64,000 nucleotides of DNA from an uncultured Blautia sp. (GTDB taxonomy: Bacteria; Bacillota; Clostridia; Lachnospirales; Lachnospiraceae). A program made the translations under genes and the position numbers. Below the pieces are notes generated by a model. That model saw only the letters and a program-made list of their open reading frames with translations. It was not told the origin of the DNA and made no database searches. How positions within the stretch are numbered: position 1 is the stretch's first letter; the number at the start of each line of letters is the position of its first letter. Positions 46,919 through 57,827 of this stretch are shown here, one piece after another. The stretch lies in NCBI GenBank assembly GCA_946626695.1, contig CAMOUV010000001.1:3339-67338 (forward strand). The letters run 5' to 3'.

Positions 46919-47152
46919 ATGTTAGAGAAGATGAAAACCATGCTGGCAGAACAGCTGAACTGTGATGCCGAATCCATTACACCGGACACTTCATTCAAGG
47001 ATGACCTCGGCGCCGATTCGCTGGACCTGTTCGAGCTGATCATGCTTCTTGAGGATGAATACAACATGGAGTTTCCGGCCGATGAGCTGGCCGGGCTTAA
47101 CACGGTGGGAGATGTTATCGAGTATCTGAAACAGAACGGTATCGACGCATAA
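46919..47152 (+). CDS. acpP: Acyl carrier protein
   Basis: SFKDDLGADSLDLFEL phosphopantetheine site. Confidence 0.93.
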   Translation: MLEKMKTMLAEQLNCDAESITPDTSFKDDLGADSLDLFELIMLLEDEYNMEFPADELAGLNTVGDVIEYLKQNGIDA

Positions 47153-47215
47153 ACAGATCCTGAATGATAATGGCTCTTCGGATTTTTCCGGAGAGCTTCT
47201 TTATGGGAGGAAATC

Positions 47216-48670
47216 ATGAGCACAAAGATCAGAACCAGATTTGCACCGAGCCCCACGGGAAGAATGCATGTGGGCAACCTGAGAACCGCACTGTACGCCT
47301 ATCTGATCACAAAACACGAGGGCGGCGATTTCATTCTGCGGATCGAGGATACGGATCAGGAGCGCCTGGTGGAAGGCGCAGTGGATATTATCTACCGCAC
47401 GCTGGAGGCTACGGGACTTGTCCATGACGAGGGCCCGGACAAGGATGGCGGAGTGGGTCCCTATGTGCAGAGTGAACGGCAGGCCCAGGGCATCTATCAG
47501 AAATATGCGCAGCAGCTGATCGATCAGGGGGATGCCTACTGCTGCTTCTGTAAAAAGGAAGAGCTGGAAGGCATGAAGAGGGTTGTTGGAGGCAAGGAAA
47601 TCTCCATCTATGACAAACGCTGTCTGCATCTTTCCAAGGAAGAAGTGCAGCGCCGCCTGGAGGCAGGAGAGCCCCATGTGGTGCGGTTCAACATGCCCAC
47701 CGAAGGCACCACGACCTTCCACGATGTCATCTACGGGGACATCAGTGTGGACAACGCGGAGATGGAGGATCTGATTCTGATCAAATCCGACGGATATCCG
47801 ACCTACAATTTTGCCAATGTGGTGGATGATCATCTGATGGGAATCACCCATGTGGTCCGCGGAAACGAATATCTTTCCTCCGCGCCGAAATACAACCGGA
47901 TCTACGAAGCCTTCGGCTGGGAGATCCCGACCTATGTACACTGCCCGCTGATCACGGACGAAGAGCACCAGAAGCTGTCCAAGCGGTCCGGCCATTCCTC
48001 CTATGAGGATCTGATCGATCAGGGATATGTGACCGAGGCGGTCGTCAACTACGTGGCTCTTCTGGGCTGGAGCCCGGCCGAAAACCGGGAGATCTTCAGC
48101 CTCCCCGAGCTGGTGGAAGCCTTCGACTATCATCATATCAACAAGTCCCCGGCGGTCTTTGACGTGCCGAAGCTGAAATGGATGAACGGGGAATACATCA
48201 AGAATATGGACCCGGAGGTCTTTTATGAGAGAGCCCTTCCCTACATGAAGAAGGTTCTCAAGGGGGATTATGACTTCCGCCGGATCGCAGCGATGGTGCA
48301 GACCCGGATCGAGATCTTCCCGGACATCTGTGAGCTGATCGACTTTTTTGCCGAGGTACAGCCCTATGATATCTCCATGTACACCCATAAAAAGATGAAG
48401 ACCACGGCCGAATCCTCCCTGGAGGTTCTGAAGGAGACCCTTCCCATCCTGGAAAAGCAGGAGGACTATTCCAATGACGCACTGTACGCGTCTCTTTCCG
48501 CCTATGTGCAGGAAAAGGGAGTCAAAAACGGGTATGTGATGTGGCCGCTCCGCACGGCACTTTCGGGCAAGCAGATGACCCCGGCCGGCGCGACGGAGAT
48601 CATGGAGATCATCGGAAAAGAAGAAACCCTGCAGCGCGTCCGCGCGGCCATCGAGAAACTATCCGCATGA
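47216..48670 (+). CDS. gltX: Glutamate--tRNA ligase
   Basis: [39 protein letters not shown]. Confidence 0.96.
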   Translation: MSTKIRTRFAPSPTGRMHVGNLRTALYAYLITKHEGGDFILRIEDTDQERLVEGAVDIIYRTLEATGLVHDEGPDKDGGVGPYVQSERQAQGIYQKYAQQLIDQGDAYCCFCKKEELEGMKRVVGGKEISIYDKRCLHLSKEEVQRRLEAGEPHVVRFNMPTEGTTTFHDVIYGDISVDNAEMEDLILIKSDGYPTYNFANVVDDHLMGITHVVRGNEYLSSAPKYNRIYEAFGWEIPTYVHCPLITDEEHQKLSKRSGHSSYEDLIDQGYVTEAVVNYVALLGWSPAENREIFSLPELVEAFDYHHINKSPAVFDVPKLKWMNGEYIKNMDPEVFYERALPYMKKVLKGDYDFRRIAAMVQTRIEIFPDICELIDFFAEVQPYDISMYTHKKMKTTAESSLEVLKETLPILEKQEDYSNDALYASLSAYVQEKGVKNGYVMWPLRTALSGKQMTPAGATEIMEIIGKEETLQRVRAAIEKLSA

Positions 48671-50493
48671 AACTGAATTCTTCTCAGAAGAGGGCAGTCG
48701 CCCACCTGTCGGGACCGATGCTGGTCCTGGCAGGCCCCGGTTCGGGGAAAACTTCCGTTATCGTTGAGCGAATTTCATATCTGACCGAAGAAGGCAAGGT
48801 GCCGCCGGGGCATATCCTGGTGGTGACCTTTTCTCGTGCTGCCGCGAAGGAGATGAAGGACCGGTATCTGGCAAAGACCGGCCAGAGCCGTTCGGATGTG
48901 ACCTTCGGGACCTTTCACGGCGTGTTTTTCGGGATCCTCATGCAGGCCTATCATCTTACCTCCGCCAATATTCTGTCCGGAAACGAAAAGATGAACATTC
49001 TGCGGGAGCTGGCTTTGGAAGAATGCCCGGATCTGGCGGGAGAGGGAGATTTCCTCGAGGATATCGCCAGGGAAATCAGTACGGTCAAAGAGAACCGGAT
49101 CGATCCGGAGCATTACTATTCGGCCTCCTGTCCCGACGAGATCTTCCGGAAGCTGTTCCACGGATACGTGCGCTGTCTGAATGAGAAGAGAAAGCTGGAT
49201 TTTGACGATATGCTGCTGTACAGCTACAGGCTGTTTGTCACGAGGCCGGATATCCTGAAGGTCTGGCAGCAGAAATTCACCTACATTCTGGTAGATGAAT
49301 TCCAGGACATCAACCATCTGCAGTATGATGTGATCCGTATGCTTGCGGAGCCGGAAAAGAACCTTTTTGCGGTGGGAGATGACGACCAGTCCATCTATCA
49401 TTTCCGGGGAGCCAGGCCGGAGATCATGCTGCAGTTCGAAAAGGAATACCCGGAGGCCCGGCGCGTGCTGCTGGATGTGAACTACCGCTGCAGCCGGAAT
49501 GTGCTGTCCCGGGCCATGCAGCTGATCGGTCATAACCGGAACCGGTTCGACAAAAAACTGACCACGCCGAATCCGCCGGGGGAAGCGGTCCTCTCCCTTC
49601 CCTTCGAAACGCCGTCGGAGCAGTTCCGCTTCGTGGTGAAAACCCTGCGGGAAAGGCTGGACAGGGGCGAGAAGCTTTCGGATACCGTCCTTCTGTTCAG
49701 AACCAACCAGGAGGCGGAGGAGCTGGTACGGATCCTCATGGAATACCAGGTCCCCTTTGTCATGCGGGAACGGCTTCCCAATCTGTTTGAGCACTGGATC
49801 TGCCAGGACATGCTGGCCTACCTTCATCTGGCCGCAGGCCCCATCACGCGGAAGGATTTTCTCGTGGTGATGAACCGGCCGAACCGCTATATCCGGAGGG
49901 AGGCCGTACCGGCCGTCATGGACAGCCTGAAGCCTCTTCTGGATTATTATGCGGACAAGGACTGGATGGCCGACCGGATCACGACCCTGGAGACTCATCT
50001 GCGGATCCTGTCTGGACTGAACCCTTTTGCCTCCGTCAATTTTATCCGGAAGGCAGCCGGGTACGACGTTTACTTGCAGGAATATGCAGAGTATCGTAAA
50101 ATAAAGCCGGAAGAGCTGACGGAAACGCTGGACAGGATCCAGGAAAGCACCCGGGGAATGAAAACGCTTTCCGACTGGGAAAGGTTCATCGGGGAATACA
50201 CGGAGAAGCTGGCCGAACAGGCCCGACAGACGGAAGCCCGGGCGGAGGGCGTGGTGATCTCGACCCTTCACCGGGTGAAGGGGCTGGAATATCCGAAGGT
50301 GTATATCCTGAATGTGAACGAGGGGAGCATCCCGTACCGGAAAGCCGTGCTGCCGGAAGCGCTGGAAGAGGAAAGACGTCTTTTTTATGTGGGGATGACA
50401 CGGGCATCCGGAGAGCTGACCCTGTGCCATGTCCGCAGACAGTACGAAAAAACGCGGGAGCCGTCACGGTTTTTGAAGGAGGCCGGTTTATGA
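48667..50493 (+). CDS. UvrD/PcrA-family ATP-dependent helicase
   Basis: [61 protein letters not shown] 48667 overlaps the gltX stop. Confidence 0.92.
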   Translation: MKLNSSQKRAVAHLSGPMLVLAGPGSGKTSVIVERISYLTEEGKVPPGHILVVTFSRAAAKEMKDRYLAKTGQSRSDVTFGTFHGVFFGILMQAYHLTSANILSGNEKMNILRELALEECPDLAGEGDFLEDIAREISTVKENRIDPEHYYSASCPDEIFRKLFHGYVRCLNEKRKLDFDDMLLYSYRLFVTRPDILKVWQQKFTYILVDEFQDINHLQYDVIRMLAEPEKNLFAVGDDDQSIYHFRGARPEIMLQFEKEYPEARRVLLDVNYRCSRNVLSRAMQLIGHNRNRFDKKLTTPNPPGEAVLSLPFETPSEQFRFVVKTLRERLDRGEKLSDTVLLFRTNQEAEELVRILMEYQVPFVMRERLPNLFEHWICQDMLAYLHLAAGPITRKDFLVVMNRPNRYIRREAVPAVMDSLKPLLDYYADKDWMADRITTLETHLRILSGLNPFASVNFIRKAAGYDVYLQEYAEYRKIKPEELTETLDRIQESTRGMKTLSDWERFIGEYTEKLAEQARQTEARAEGVVISTLHRVKGLEYPKVYILNVNEGSIPYRKAVLPEALEEERRLFYVGMTRASGELTLCHVRRQYEKTREPSRFLKEAGL

Positions 50494-51038
50494 AAGGGAC
50501 AATCTACTTTACAACCATATCGAAAGAGGAACAGAAAAAACGTCTGAGCCATATGATCGGTGAGGAGCTTCTGCGGATCGGCCTGGAGAAGGAATACGGA
50601 AAAGATCTGCGTTTTGAACCCCGGGCCAAGGGGGAGTTCGGCAAGCCCTTCTTCACCCGGGAACCGGGGATTCACTACAATATCAGCCATTCCGGCAAAT
50701 ATGTCATGTGCATCCTGTCGGACCAGGAGGTAGGGATCGATGTACAGGAGCACCGGCCCGTCAACCGGGAGCGGATGCTTTCCCGCATGGTGCCGGCGGA
50801 GCTGATCCGGCCGATCCTGGACGCGGACGAGCCGGAGAAAGCGTTTTTTGCCCAGTGGGTGCTCCGGGAGGCCTATGTCAAATGGACCGGACAGGGACTG
50901 TCCCGGGATCTGCGGACCATCCCCATGGACGAAGGGACCTCCATGATGCTGGATCTGGAACCGGGATACAGTGCGGCCGTCTGGTCACAGCACCCCATGA
51001 AACTGACAATGCAGGAAGAAACCATCAATCTGCCCTGA
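50490..51038 (+). CDS. 4'-phosphopantetheinyl transferase (Sfp type)
   Basis: GKP, YNISHSG, VGIDVQE, WVLREAYVKWTGQGL. Confidence 0.88.
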   Translation: MKGTIYFTTISKEEQKKRLSHMIGEELLRIGLEKEYGKDLRFEPRAKGEFGKPFFTREPGIHYNISHSGKYVMCILSDQEVGIDVQEHRPVNRERMLSRMVPAELIRPILDADEPEKAFFAQWVLREAYVKWTGQGLSRDLRTIPMDEGTSMMLDLEPGYSAAVWSQHPMKLTMQEETINLP

Positions 51039-51053
51039 GAGAGGAGATACATT

Positions 51054-52643
51054 TTGCCTGACTATAGAAAAGAAATCGAAAAGAGACGCACCTTTGCCAT
51101 CATCTCTCACCCGGATGCAGGCAAGACGACCCTGACCGAGAAATTTCTGCTGTATGGAGGAGCCATCAATCTTGCCGGCTCCGTCAAGGGGAAAGCCACT
51201 GCCAGACATGCGGTTTCGGACTGGATGGAGATCGAGAAGGAGAGAGGTATCTCCGTGACCTCCTCGGTGCTGCAGTTCCATTATGACGGATACTGCATCA
51301 ATATTCTGGACACGCCGGGACACCAGGACTTCTCGGAGGATACCTACCGGACCCTGATGGCGGCCGATTCCGCCGTCATGGTGATCGACGGCTCCAAAGG
51401 TGTGGAGGCCCAGACCCGGAAGCTGTTCAAGGTATGCGTCATGCGGCATATCCCGATCTTCACCTTCATCAATAAGATGGACCGGGACGCCAATGATACC
51501 TTCGACCTCCTGGATGAGATCGAGAAGGAGCTGGGCATCGCCACCTGTCCGGTCAACTGGCCCATCGGATCCGGCAAGAAGTTCCGCGGTGTGTACGACC
51601 GGAATACCCGACGGATCCTGACCTTCTCCGATACCCAGAAGGGAACGAAGGAAGGAATTCAGGAGGAGATTCCGCTTTCCGACGAGCATGCGGCGGAGGT
51701 GATGGACCCGGAGCAGATGGAACAGCTGCTGGAGGAGATCGAGCTTCTGGACGGGGCCAGCGCAGATTTTGACCAGGAAAAAGTGAGCAGGGGAGAGCTG
51801 ACGCCCGTGTTCTTCGGCTCCGCCCTTACGAACTTCGGTGTGGAGACCTTCCTGCAGCATTTCCTGCAGATGACCACATCCCCCCTGCCGAGAAATTCGG
51901 ACAACGGACTGATCGATCCGATGGACGATTATTTTTCCGCCTTCGTATTCAAGATTCAGGCAAACATGAACAAAGCCCACCGGGACCGGATCGCCTTTAT
52001 GCGGATCTGCTCCGGACGTTTTGACGCCTCCGAAGAAATCTATCACGTACAGGGCGGTAAAAAGATGCGTCTGCTGCAGCCCCAGCAGATGATGGCGGAA
52101 TCCCGCCATGTGGTGGATGAAGCCTATGCGGGCGACATCATCGGCGTGTTTGACCCGGGCATTTTCTCCATCGGGGACACTGTGGCCGCTCCGGGACATA
52201 CCTTCGCCTTCGAAGGCATCCCCACCTTCGCGCCGGAACATTTCGCCCGGGTGACCCAGCTGGATACCATGAAGAGAAAACAGTTCGTCAAAGGCATCAA
52301 TCAGATCGCCCAGGAGGGTGCCATCCAGATCTTCCAGGAGCTGAACACGGGTCTCGAAGAGATCATCGTGGGCGTGGTGGGCGTGCTGCAGTTCGATGTG
52401 CTGAAATACCGCCTGGAGAACGAATACAATGTGGACATCCGTCTTGACATGCTTCCCTACGAGCATATCCGCTGGATCTCCAACAAGGAGGAAGTGGATG
52501 TGGGCAGGCTCACCGGAACCTCCGACATGAAAAAGGTGACGGACCTCAAAGGCAATCCCCTGCTTCTCTTTGTGAACGCCTGGAGCGTCGGCATGACCCT
52601 CGACCGCAACCCGGGGCTGGTCCTGGCGGAATTCTCGCGCTAA
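51054..52643 (+). CDS. prfC: Peptide chain release factor 3
   Basis: RRTFAIISHPDAGKTT, DWMEIEKERGISV, DTPGHQDFSEDTYR, FKIQANM...HRDRIAF. Confidence 0.97.
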   Translation: MPDYRKEIEKRRTFAIISHPDAGKTTLTEKFLLYGGAINLAGSVKGKATARHAVSDWMEIEKERGISVTSSVLQFHYDGYCINILDTPGHQDFSEDTYRTLMAADSAVMVIDGSKGVEAQTRKLFKVCVMRHIPIFTFINKMDRDANDTFDLLDEIEKELGIATCPVNWPIGSGKKFRGVYDRNTRRILTFSDTQKGTKEGIQEEIPLSDEHAAEVMDPEQMEQLLEEIELLDGASADFDQEKVSRGELTPVFFGSALTNFGVETFLQHFLQMTTSPLPRNSDNGLIDPMDDYFSAFVFKIQANMNKAHRDRIAFMRICSGRFDASEEIYHVQGGKKMRLLQPQQMMAESRHVVDEAYAGDIIGVFDPGIFSIGDTVAAPGHTFAFEGIPTFAPEHFARVTQLDTMKRKQFVKGINQIAQEGAIQIFQELNTGLEEIIVGVVGVLQFDVLKYRLENEYNVDIRLDMLPYEHIRWISNKEEVDVGRLTGTSDMKKVTDLKGNPLLLFVNAWSVGMTLDRNPGLVLAEFSR

Positions 52644-52668
52644 AACATCCTGCGGAAAAGAATTTCCG

Positions 52669-52697
52669 TTTACTTTTCATGCCGGATATGCTATAAT
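52669..52697 (+). promoter_or_regulatory. sigma-A promoter of the asp23-nusB-xse-isp-dxs operon
   Basis: TTTACT-17 bp-TATAAT with TG extension. Confidence 0.65.
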
Positions 52698-52766
52698 TCT
52701 TGTTCAGGATTTATTTCGTTTACGATCCGGTAAGGAACCGTTCCTAAGCGGGACATGGAGGTCACA

Positions 52767-53150
52767 ATGGCTGAGAAAAGAACAGTATATAAAATCAAAG
52801 ATGCAGAAGGGATCGGAGAGGTCCACATTTCCGACGAAGTCATCGCCATGATCGCGGCTCTGGCAGCGACGGACGCGGAAGGCGTTTCCCTGAACGGAAA
52901 CAGCACAAAAGAACTTCGCTCAAAGTCGAGCACAAAGAACCTGTCCAAGGGCGTACGCCTGACGATCCAGGACGGTACGGTCAAGGCAGACCTGAACCTG
53001 AACCTTGCCTATGGCAAAAACATTCTGGAAACCAGCAAGACAGTACAGGAAAGAGTAAAATCTTCCATCGAGAACATGACGGGACTGAGTGTTTCCGATG
53101 TAAACATTCATGTCGGAAGCGTCAACATGGTAGAAGAAAAAGCAAAGTAA
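52767..53150 (+). CDS. Asp23/Gls24 family protein (YqhY-like)
   Basis: GEVHISDEVIAMIA, YGKNI, VQERVKSSIENMTGLSV..VNIHV; precedes nusB. Confidence 0.9.
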   Translation: MAEKRTVYKIKDAEGIGEVHISDEVIAMIAALAATDAEGVSLNGNSTKELRSKSSTKNLSKGVRLTIQDGTVKADLNLNLAYGKNILETSKTVQERVKSSIENMTGLSVSDVNIHVGSVNMVEEKAK

Positions 53151-53246
53151 AGAAATGTCTGCTTTGGGACATTGGGCAGGGCTGTTGCAAAATTCAGTAT
53201 GCATCTGTTTTTTACAACAGCCTTCTGTATTATTCGGGAGGAAATC

Positions 53247-53660
53247 ATGCGTCGACGGGAATTGCGGGAGCATATTTTCAAGCTGCTTTTCATGGCAGAA
53301 TTCAACACGCCGGAGGAAATGCCGGAGCAGCTCAGACTGTATTTTGAGAACATGGAGGCCCTGGAGGAGAGCGATCAGCAGTACATGGAGCAGAAGTATG
53401 CGGCGGTCCGGGAAAAGCTGTCCGGGATCGATGAACGGCTGAACGGGACCAGCAAGGGGTGGAAGACCGGCAGAATGAACAAGGTGGATCTTTCCGCGCT
53501 CCGCCTGGCGGTCTACGAAATGCTCTATGACGAGACGATCCCGGCAGGGGTTGCCATCAACGAGGCGGTGGAGATCGCGAAGAAATTCGGCGGGGAAGAT
53601 TCCCGGTCCTTCGTGAACGGGATCCTCGGAAAGATCGCCGCAGGGGAAGAGAATGCATAA
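53247..53660 (+). CDS. nusB: Transcription antitermination factor NusB
   Basis: RRRELRE, GWKTGRMNKVD..ALRLA, VAINEAVEIAKKFG, FVNGIL. Confidence 0.95.
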   Translation: MRRRELREHIFKLLFMAEFNTPEEMPEQLRLYFENMEALEESDQQYMEQKYAAVREKLSGIDERLNGTSKGWKTGRMNKVDLSALRLAVYEMLYDETIPAGVAINEAVEIAKKFGGEDSRSFVNGILGKIAAGEENA

Positions 53661-54870
53661 TGTCTATTCGGTGGGCCAGGTGAACCGCTATATCAAAAAC
53701 ATGTTCACCCAGGATTTTTTTCTGCAGCGGATCCATGTCAAGGGAGAGGTATCCAACTGCAAGTACCACACCAGCGGCCATATCTATTTTTCCCTGAAGG
53801 ACGAGACCGGGTCCATCAGCTGCGTCATGTTTGCCGGCGCCCGCAGAGGTCTTGCCTTCCGGATGAAGGACGGGGACCGGATCGTGGCCGGCGGGTCGGT
53901 GGATACCTATGAGCGGGACGGAAAATACCAGCTCTATGTCCGGGAGATCACGCTGGAGGGTGCAGGCGCCCTGTACGAGCGGTATCTTGCCCTGAAGCAG
54001 GAGCTGGAGGATATGGGGATGTTTGCCGAAGAGTACAAACAGCCGATCCCGCGGTATATCCGCCGGCTCGGCGTGGTGACGGCTCCGACCGGGGCGGCCG
54101 TGCAGGATATCCGCACGGTATCGCTTCGCAGAAATCCCTATCTGCAGATCATCCTGTACCCTGCGCTGGTGCAGGGAGAAGGAGCGGCGGAAAGCATTGC
54201 CCGGGGCATCCGCATGCTGGATGCGGCCGGGGTGGATGTGATCATAGCAGGCCGGGGAGGCGGTTCCATCGAGGATCTCTGGGCCTTCAACGAAGAGACC
54301 GTGGCCCGGGCCATTTTTGAGTGCCGGACACCGGTCATTTCCGCCGTGGGACATGAGACGGATTTTACGATCGCGGATTTTGTGGCGGATCTGCGGGCGC
54401 CCACGCCTTCGGCGGCGGCCGAGCTGGCGGTGGACGATTTTGCATCCCTTTTGGATTCCATCGAAAAGGAAAGACGGAGGATGAGCCTTGCCATGACGGA
54501 AAAGATCCGCCGGGAACGGCAGAATCTGAGCTTTCTGCAGCAGCGGCTGCGCTATCTGAGTCCGGAAAACCGGCTCCGGGAGGACCGGCTACATCTGGAC
54601 CAGCTGGACGAACGGATCCGCAGTCTGTTCGACCGCATCCTGCAGAGGGACCGGCAGCGGCTTCTTCTGCTCGCGGAACGGTTTTCCGGTCTGTCTCCGC
54701 TGGAGAAGCTGAAGAGCGGCTATGCCTATGTGCAGGGACAGGACGGAAAGGCAGTGACGCGGGCCGGACAGGTACGGCCGGGGGATGAGCTGACGATCTT
54801 TGTGACGGACGGGCAGATTCATGCCCGGGTCACGGATACGGAGGAAAAGAATGGCTTTACAGGAAAATGA
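53653..54870 (+). CDS. xseA: Exodeoxyribonuclease VII large subunit
   Basis: GEVSN, SGHIYFSLKD, AGRGGGSIEDLWAFNEE, SAVGHETD, RAPTPSAAAE. Confidence 0.96.
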   Translation: MHNVYSVGQVNRYIKNMFTQDFFLQRIHVKGEVSNCKYHTSGHIYFSLKDETGSISCVMFAGARRGLAFRMKDGDRIVAGGSVDTYERDGKYQLYVREITLEGAGALYERYLALKQELEDMGMFAEEYKQPIPRYIRRLGVVTAPTGAAVQDIRTVSLRRNPYLQIILYPALVQGEGAAESIARGIRMLDAAGVDVIIAGRGGGSIEDLWAFNEETVARAIFECRTPVISAVGHETDFTIADFVADLRAPTPSAAAELAVDDFASLLDSIEKERRRMSLAMTEKIRRERQNLSFLQQRLRYLSPENRLREDRLHLDQLDERIRSLFDRILQRDRQRLLLLAERFSGLSPLEKLKSGYAYVQGQDGKAVTRAGQVRPGDELTIFVTDGQIHARVTDTEEKNGFTGK

Positions 54871-55084
54871 AAACATGGAGGAAAAGACGCTGCAGGAGGC
54901 CTTTTCGGAGCTGGAAAAGCTGGCGGAGCGTCTGGAGGACAGGGAGACCTCTCTGGAGGAATCCTTTGCCCTGTACCAGAAGGGAATCGGGCTGATCCGT
55001 TCCTGTACGGAAAAGCTGGATACGGTGGAAAAAAAGATGCTTCAGCTGAATGAGGATGGGACATACAGTGAATTTTCAAGATGA
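54851..55084 (+). CDS. xseB: Exodeoxyribonuclease VII small subunit
   Basis: EAFSELE..LE....SLEESFALYQKG; follows xseA. Confidence 0.9.
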   Translation: MALQENENMEEKTLQEAFSELEKLAERLEDRETSLEESFALYQKGIGLIRSCTEKLDTVEKKMLQLNEDGTYSEFSR

Positions 55085-55955
55085 GTTGACCAGAAAAACA
55101 ACGGAAGCGGATCAGATCCTGCGGAATTATCTTCCGGACAGCGAGGGTTTTCCCAGGACGCTGGCGGAAGCAATGAGCTACAGTCTCACGGCGGGAGGAA
55201 AGCGTCTCCGCATGCTTCTGCTGGCGGAAAGCTACCGGGCGGCCGGCGGCAGGGAGAAGGTATACGAGCCTTTCATGGCAGGGATCGAGATGATCCATAC
55301 CCATTCTCTGATCCATGATGATCTGCCGGCGCTGGATAACGATGATTACCGGCGGGGACGCCTTACGACCCACAAGGTTTACGGCGAAGCCCTGGGGATC
55401 CTGGCGGGGGATGCGCTGCTGAATTATGCCTACGAGGTGATGCTGGAGGGCTTTTCCCTGACCGCATATCCGGACCGGGCAGCCGCCGCTTTGTCGGTCA
55501 TCGCGCGTAAAACCGGGATCCGGGGCATGCTGGGCGGGCAGAGCTTTGATGTAGAAAATGACGGAAAGCCGCTGGATGCGGCTTCCCTGGACTATATATA
55601 CCGGAATAAGACCTCGGCTCTGATCGAAGCGCCGCTGATGGCGGGGGCGGTCCTTGCGGGGGCGGACAGCCGGACGGAACAGCTTCTGGAACAGGCCGGC
55701 ACCTATATCGGCCTTGCCTTTCAGATCCGGGACGATATCCTGGATGTGACGTCGGACAGCAAGACGCTCGGCAAACCGGTATACAGCGATGAAAAGAACC
55801 ACAAGGTCACCTATGTGACCCTGTATGGAACCGGGAAGGCCGCCGAAAAAGTACATGACCTGACCGGCAGGGCTGTTGAATATCTGCGCTCTGCTTTCGG
55901 GCAGGAAAGCTTTCTGGAGGAGCTGGTACAGAGCATGGCGGTCAGAAATAAATAA
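55068..55955 (+). CDS. ispA: Polyprenyl (farnesyl/geranylgeranyl) diphosphate synthase
   Basis: GGKRLR, HTHSLIHDDLPALDNDDYRRG, AGDALL, FQIRDDILD. Confidence 0.93.
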   Translation: MNFQDELTRKTTEADQILRNYLPDSEGFPRTLAEAMSYSLTAGGKRLRMLLLAESYRAAGGREKVYEPFMAGIEMIHTHSLIHDDLPALDNDDYRRGRLTTHKVYGEALGILAGDALLNYAYEVMLEGFSLTAYPDRAAAALSVIARKTGIRGMLGGQSFDVENDGKPLDAASLDYIYRNKTSALIEAPLMAGAVLAGADSRTEQLLEQAGTYIGLAFQIRDDILDVTSDSKTLGKPVYSDEKNHKVTYVTLYGTGKAAEKVHDLTGRAVEYLRSAFGQESFLEELVQSMAVRNK

Positions 55956-55970
55956 AAAGGAACTATTGAA

Positions 55971-57827
55971 ATGATTCTTGACAGGATTAACCAACCGAAT
56001 GATCTTCATGGAATCCCCCTGGAGGACTTTCCGGCCCTGGCCGCAGAGATCCGGGAGCTTCTGATCCGTACCGTGAGCACAAACGGCGGGCATCTGGCCT
56101 CCAATCTGGGGACGGTGGAGCTTACGCTGGCGCTTCATAACGTGCTGCATCTGCCCGAGGACAAGATCATCTGGGACGTGGGGCACCAATGCTACACCCA
56201 CAAAATACTGACCGGACGGAAGGAGGAGTTTTCCACCCTTCGTACGGAAAAGGGGCTCAGCGGATTTCCGAAACGGAATGAGAGCCCCTGTGATGTCTTT
56301 GACACGGGACACAGCTCCAACTCCATCTCTGCGGGACTGGGATATGTCCGGGCCCGCGATTTTTGTCATGAAGAGTATCATGTGGTCTCGGTGATCGGGG
56401 ACGGCTCGCTGACAGGAGGCATGGCCTATGAGGCCATGAACAACGCGGCTCTCCTGAAGACCAATTTTATCATCGTTCTGAACGACAACACCATGTCCAT
56501 CTCCAAAAACGTGGGGGGCATGTCCACCTATCTGAGCGCCATCCGGACGGCGGAAACCTACACGGGGATGAAAATGGGCGTCACGAAAGCGCTGAACCGT
56601 GTGCCCGTGGTGGGCGAATCCATCGTGGAATCGGTCCGCAGGACCAAGAAAAGCATCAAACAGCTGTTCATTCCGGGCATGCTTTTCGAGAATATCGGGC
56701 TGACCTACCTGGGGCCGGTGAACGGTCACGACATGCGGCAGATGATGCGGCTTTTCAACGAAGCCAAAAAGGTCAAAGGACCGGTGCTTGTCCATGTCCT
56801 GACGGAAAAGGGTCATGGGTATGAGCCGGCGGAGAAGAATCCGGACCGGTTCCACGGGACCGGCCCCTTCGAGATCGCCACGGGCAGACAGAAGGAAAGC
56901 GGCGGTACGAGCTTTACCGACGTCTTTTCCGATGCGCTGACGGAGCTTGGCAGAAAGAATAAAAGGCTGGCCGCCATCACGGCCGCCATGCCTTCGGGAA
57001 CCGGCCTCCAGAGATTTTCGGAGGAATTCCCTTCCCGTTTTTTTGACGTGGGAATCGCGGAGGAGCATGCGGTGACCTTTGCGGCGGGACTGGCCCTGGG
57101 AGGGATGATCCCCGTCGCGGCGGTCTATTCCTCCTTCCTGCAGAGAGCGGTGGATCAGATCCTGCAGGATGTATGCATGCAGAATCTGCATGTGATCTTT
57201 GCGGTGGATCGGGCCGGCCTGGTCGGAGCGGACGGAGAAACCCATCAGGGCTGTTTTGATCTGTCGTACCTGAGCATGATGCCGAATATGACGGTGATGG
57301 CTCCGTCGAATGCTTCCGAGCTGCGGGAGATGCTCGCCTGGGCAGTATCCTGCGACGGTCCCGTGGCCATCCGCTATCCCCGGGGAGGAGCCCCGGAGGG
57401 GGCCGGAGAGGCAATGGTGCCGGTGCAGAGCGGACGGAGCGAGGTCGTGATCGAAGGAGAAGGAATCGCTTTCCTGGCCGTGGGCAGCATGAACGGTCCA
57501 TGCCGGGAGGCGGTCGGACGTCTCGCCGGGGAGGGGCTTCATCCCACCCTGGTCAACGTACGGTTCGTAAAACCCATGGATACGGAGCTTCTGGACCAAC
57601 TTGCCCGGACCCATTCCCTGGTGATCACCGTGGAAGAAAACACCTTATGCGGCGGATACGGATCTGCTGTCTGCGCCTATATGGAAAGCAGCCATCCCGA
57701 AGACCGTGTGGTCAGCATGGGGATTCCCGACCGGTTTATCCCCCACGGGAAAACGGAGGATCTTCTCTCGGAGATCGGACTGGATGCGGACGGAATCGTA
57801 AAAAGGACAAAAGAGGAGTTTCGATGA
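55971..57827 (+). CDS. dxs: 1-deoxy-D-xylulose-5-phosphate synthase
   Basis: GGHLASNLG, WDVGHQCY, GHSSNSIS, GDGSLTGG, DVGIAEEHA, DRAGLVG.DGETHQG, IRYPRG. Confidence 0.97.
   Translation: MILDRINQPNDLHGIPLEDFPALAAEIRELLIRTVSTNGGHLASNLGTVELTLALHNVLHLPEDKIIWDVGHQCYTHKILTGRKEEFSTLRTEKGLSGFPKRNESPCDVFDTGHSSNSISAGLGYVRARDFCHEEYHVVSVIGDGSLTGGMAYEAMNNAALLKTNFIIVLNDNTMSISKNVGGMSTYLSAIRTAETYTGMKMGVTKALNRVPVVGESIVESVRRTKKSIKQLFIPGMLFENIGLTYLGPVNGHDMRQMMRLFNEAKKVKGPVLVHVLTEKGHGYEPAEKNPDRFHGTGPFEIATGRQKESGGTSFTDVFSDALTELGRKNKRLAAITAAMPSGTGLQRFSEEFPSRFFDVGIAEEHAVTFAAGLALGGMIPVAAVYSSFLQRAVDQILQDVCMQNLHVIFAVDRAGLVGADGETHQGCFDLSYLSMMPNMTVMAPSNASELREMLAWAVSCDGPVAIRYPRGGAPEGAGEAMVPVQSGRSEVVIEGEGIAFLAVGSMNGPCREAVGRLAGEGLHPTLVNVRFVKPMDTELLDQLARTHSLVITVEENTLCGGYGSAVCAYMESSHPEDRVVSMGIPDRFIPHGKTEDLLSEIGLDADGIVKRTKEEFR

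Noticed and set aside
54819-57614. 931-aa minus-strand ORF opposite ispA/dxs, and similar antisense ORFs throughout (e.g. 7736-9580, 35744-38101, 60922-62649)
   Set aside because: They fully overlap well-identified housekeeping genes, and the translations look like typical antisense frames
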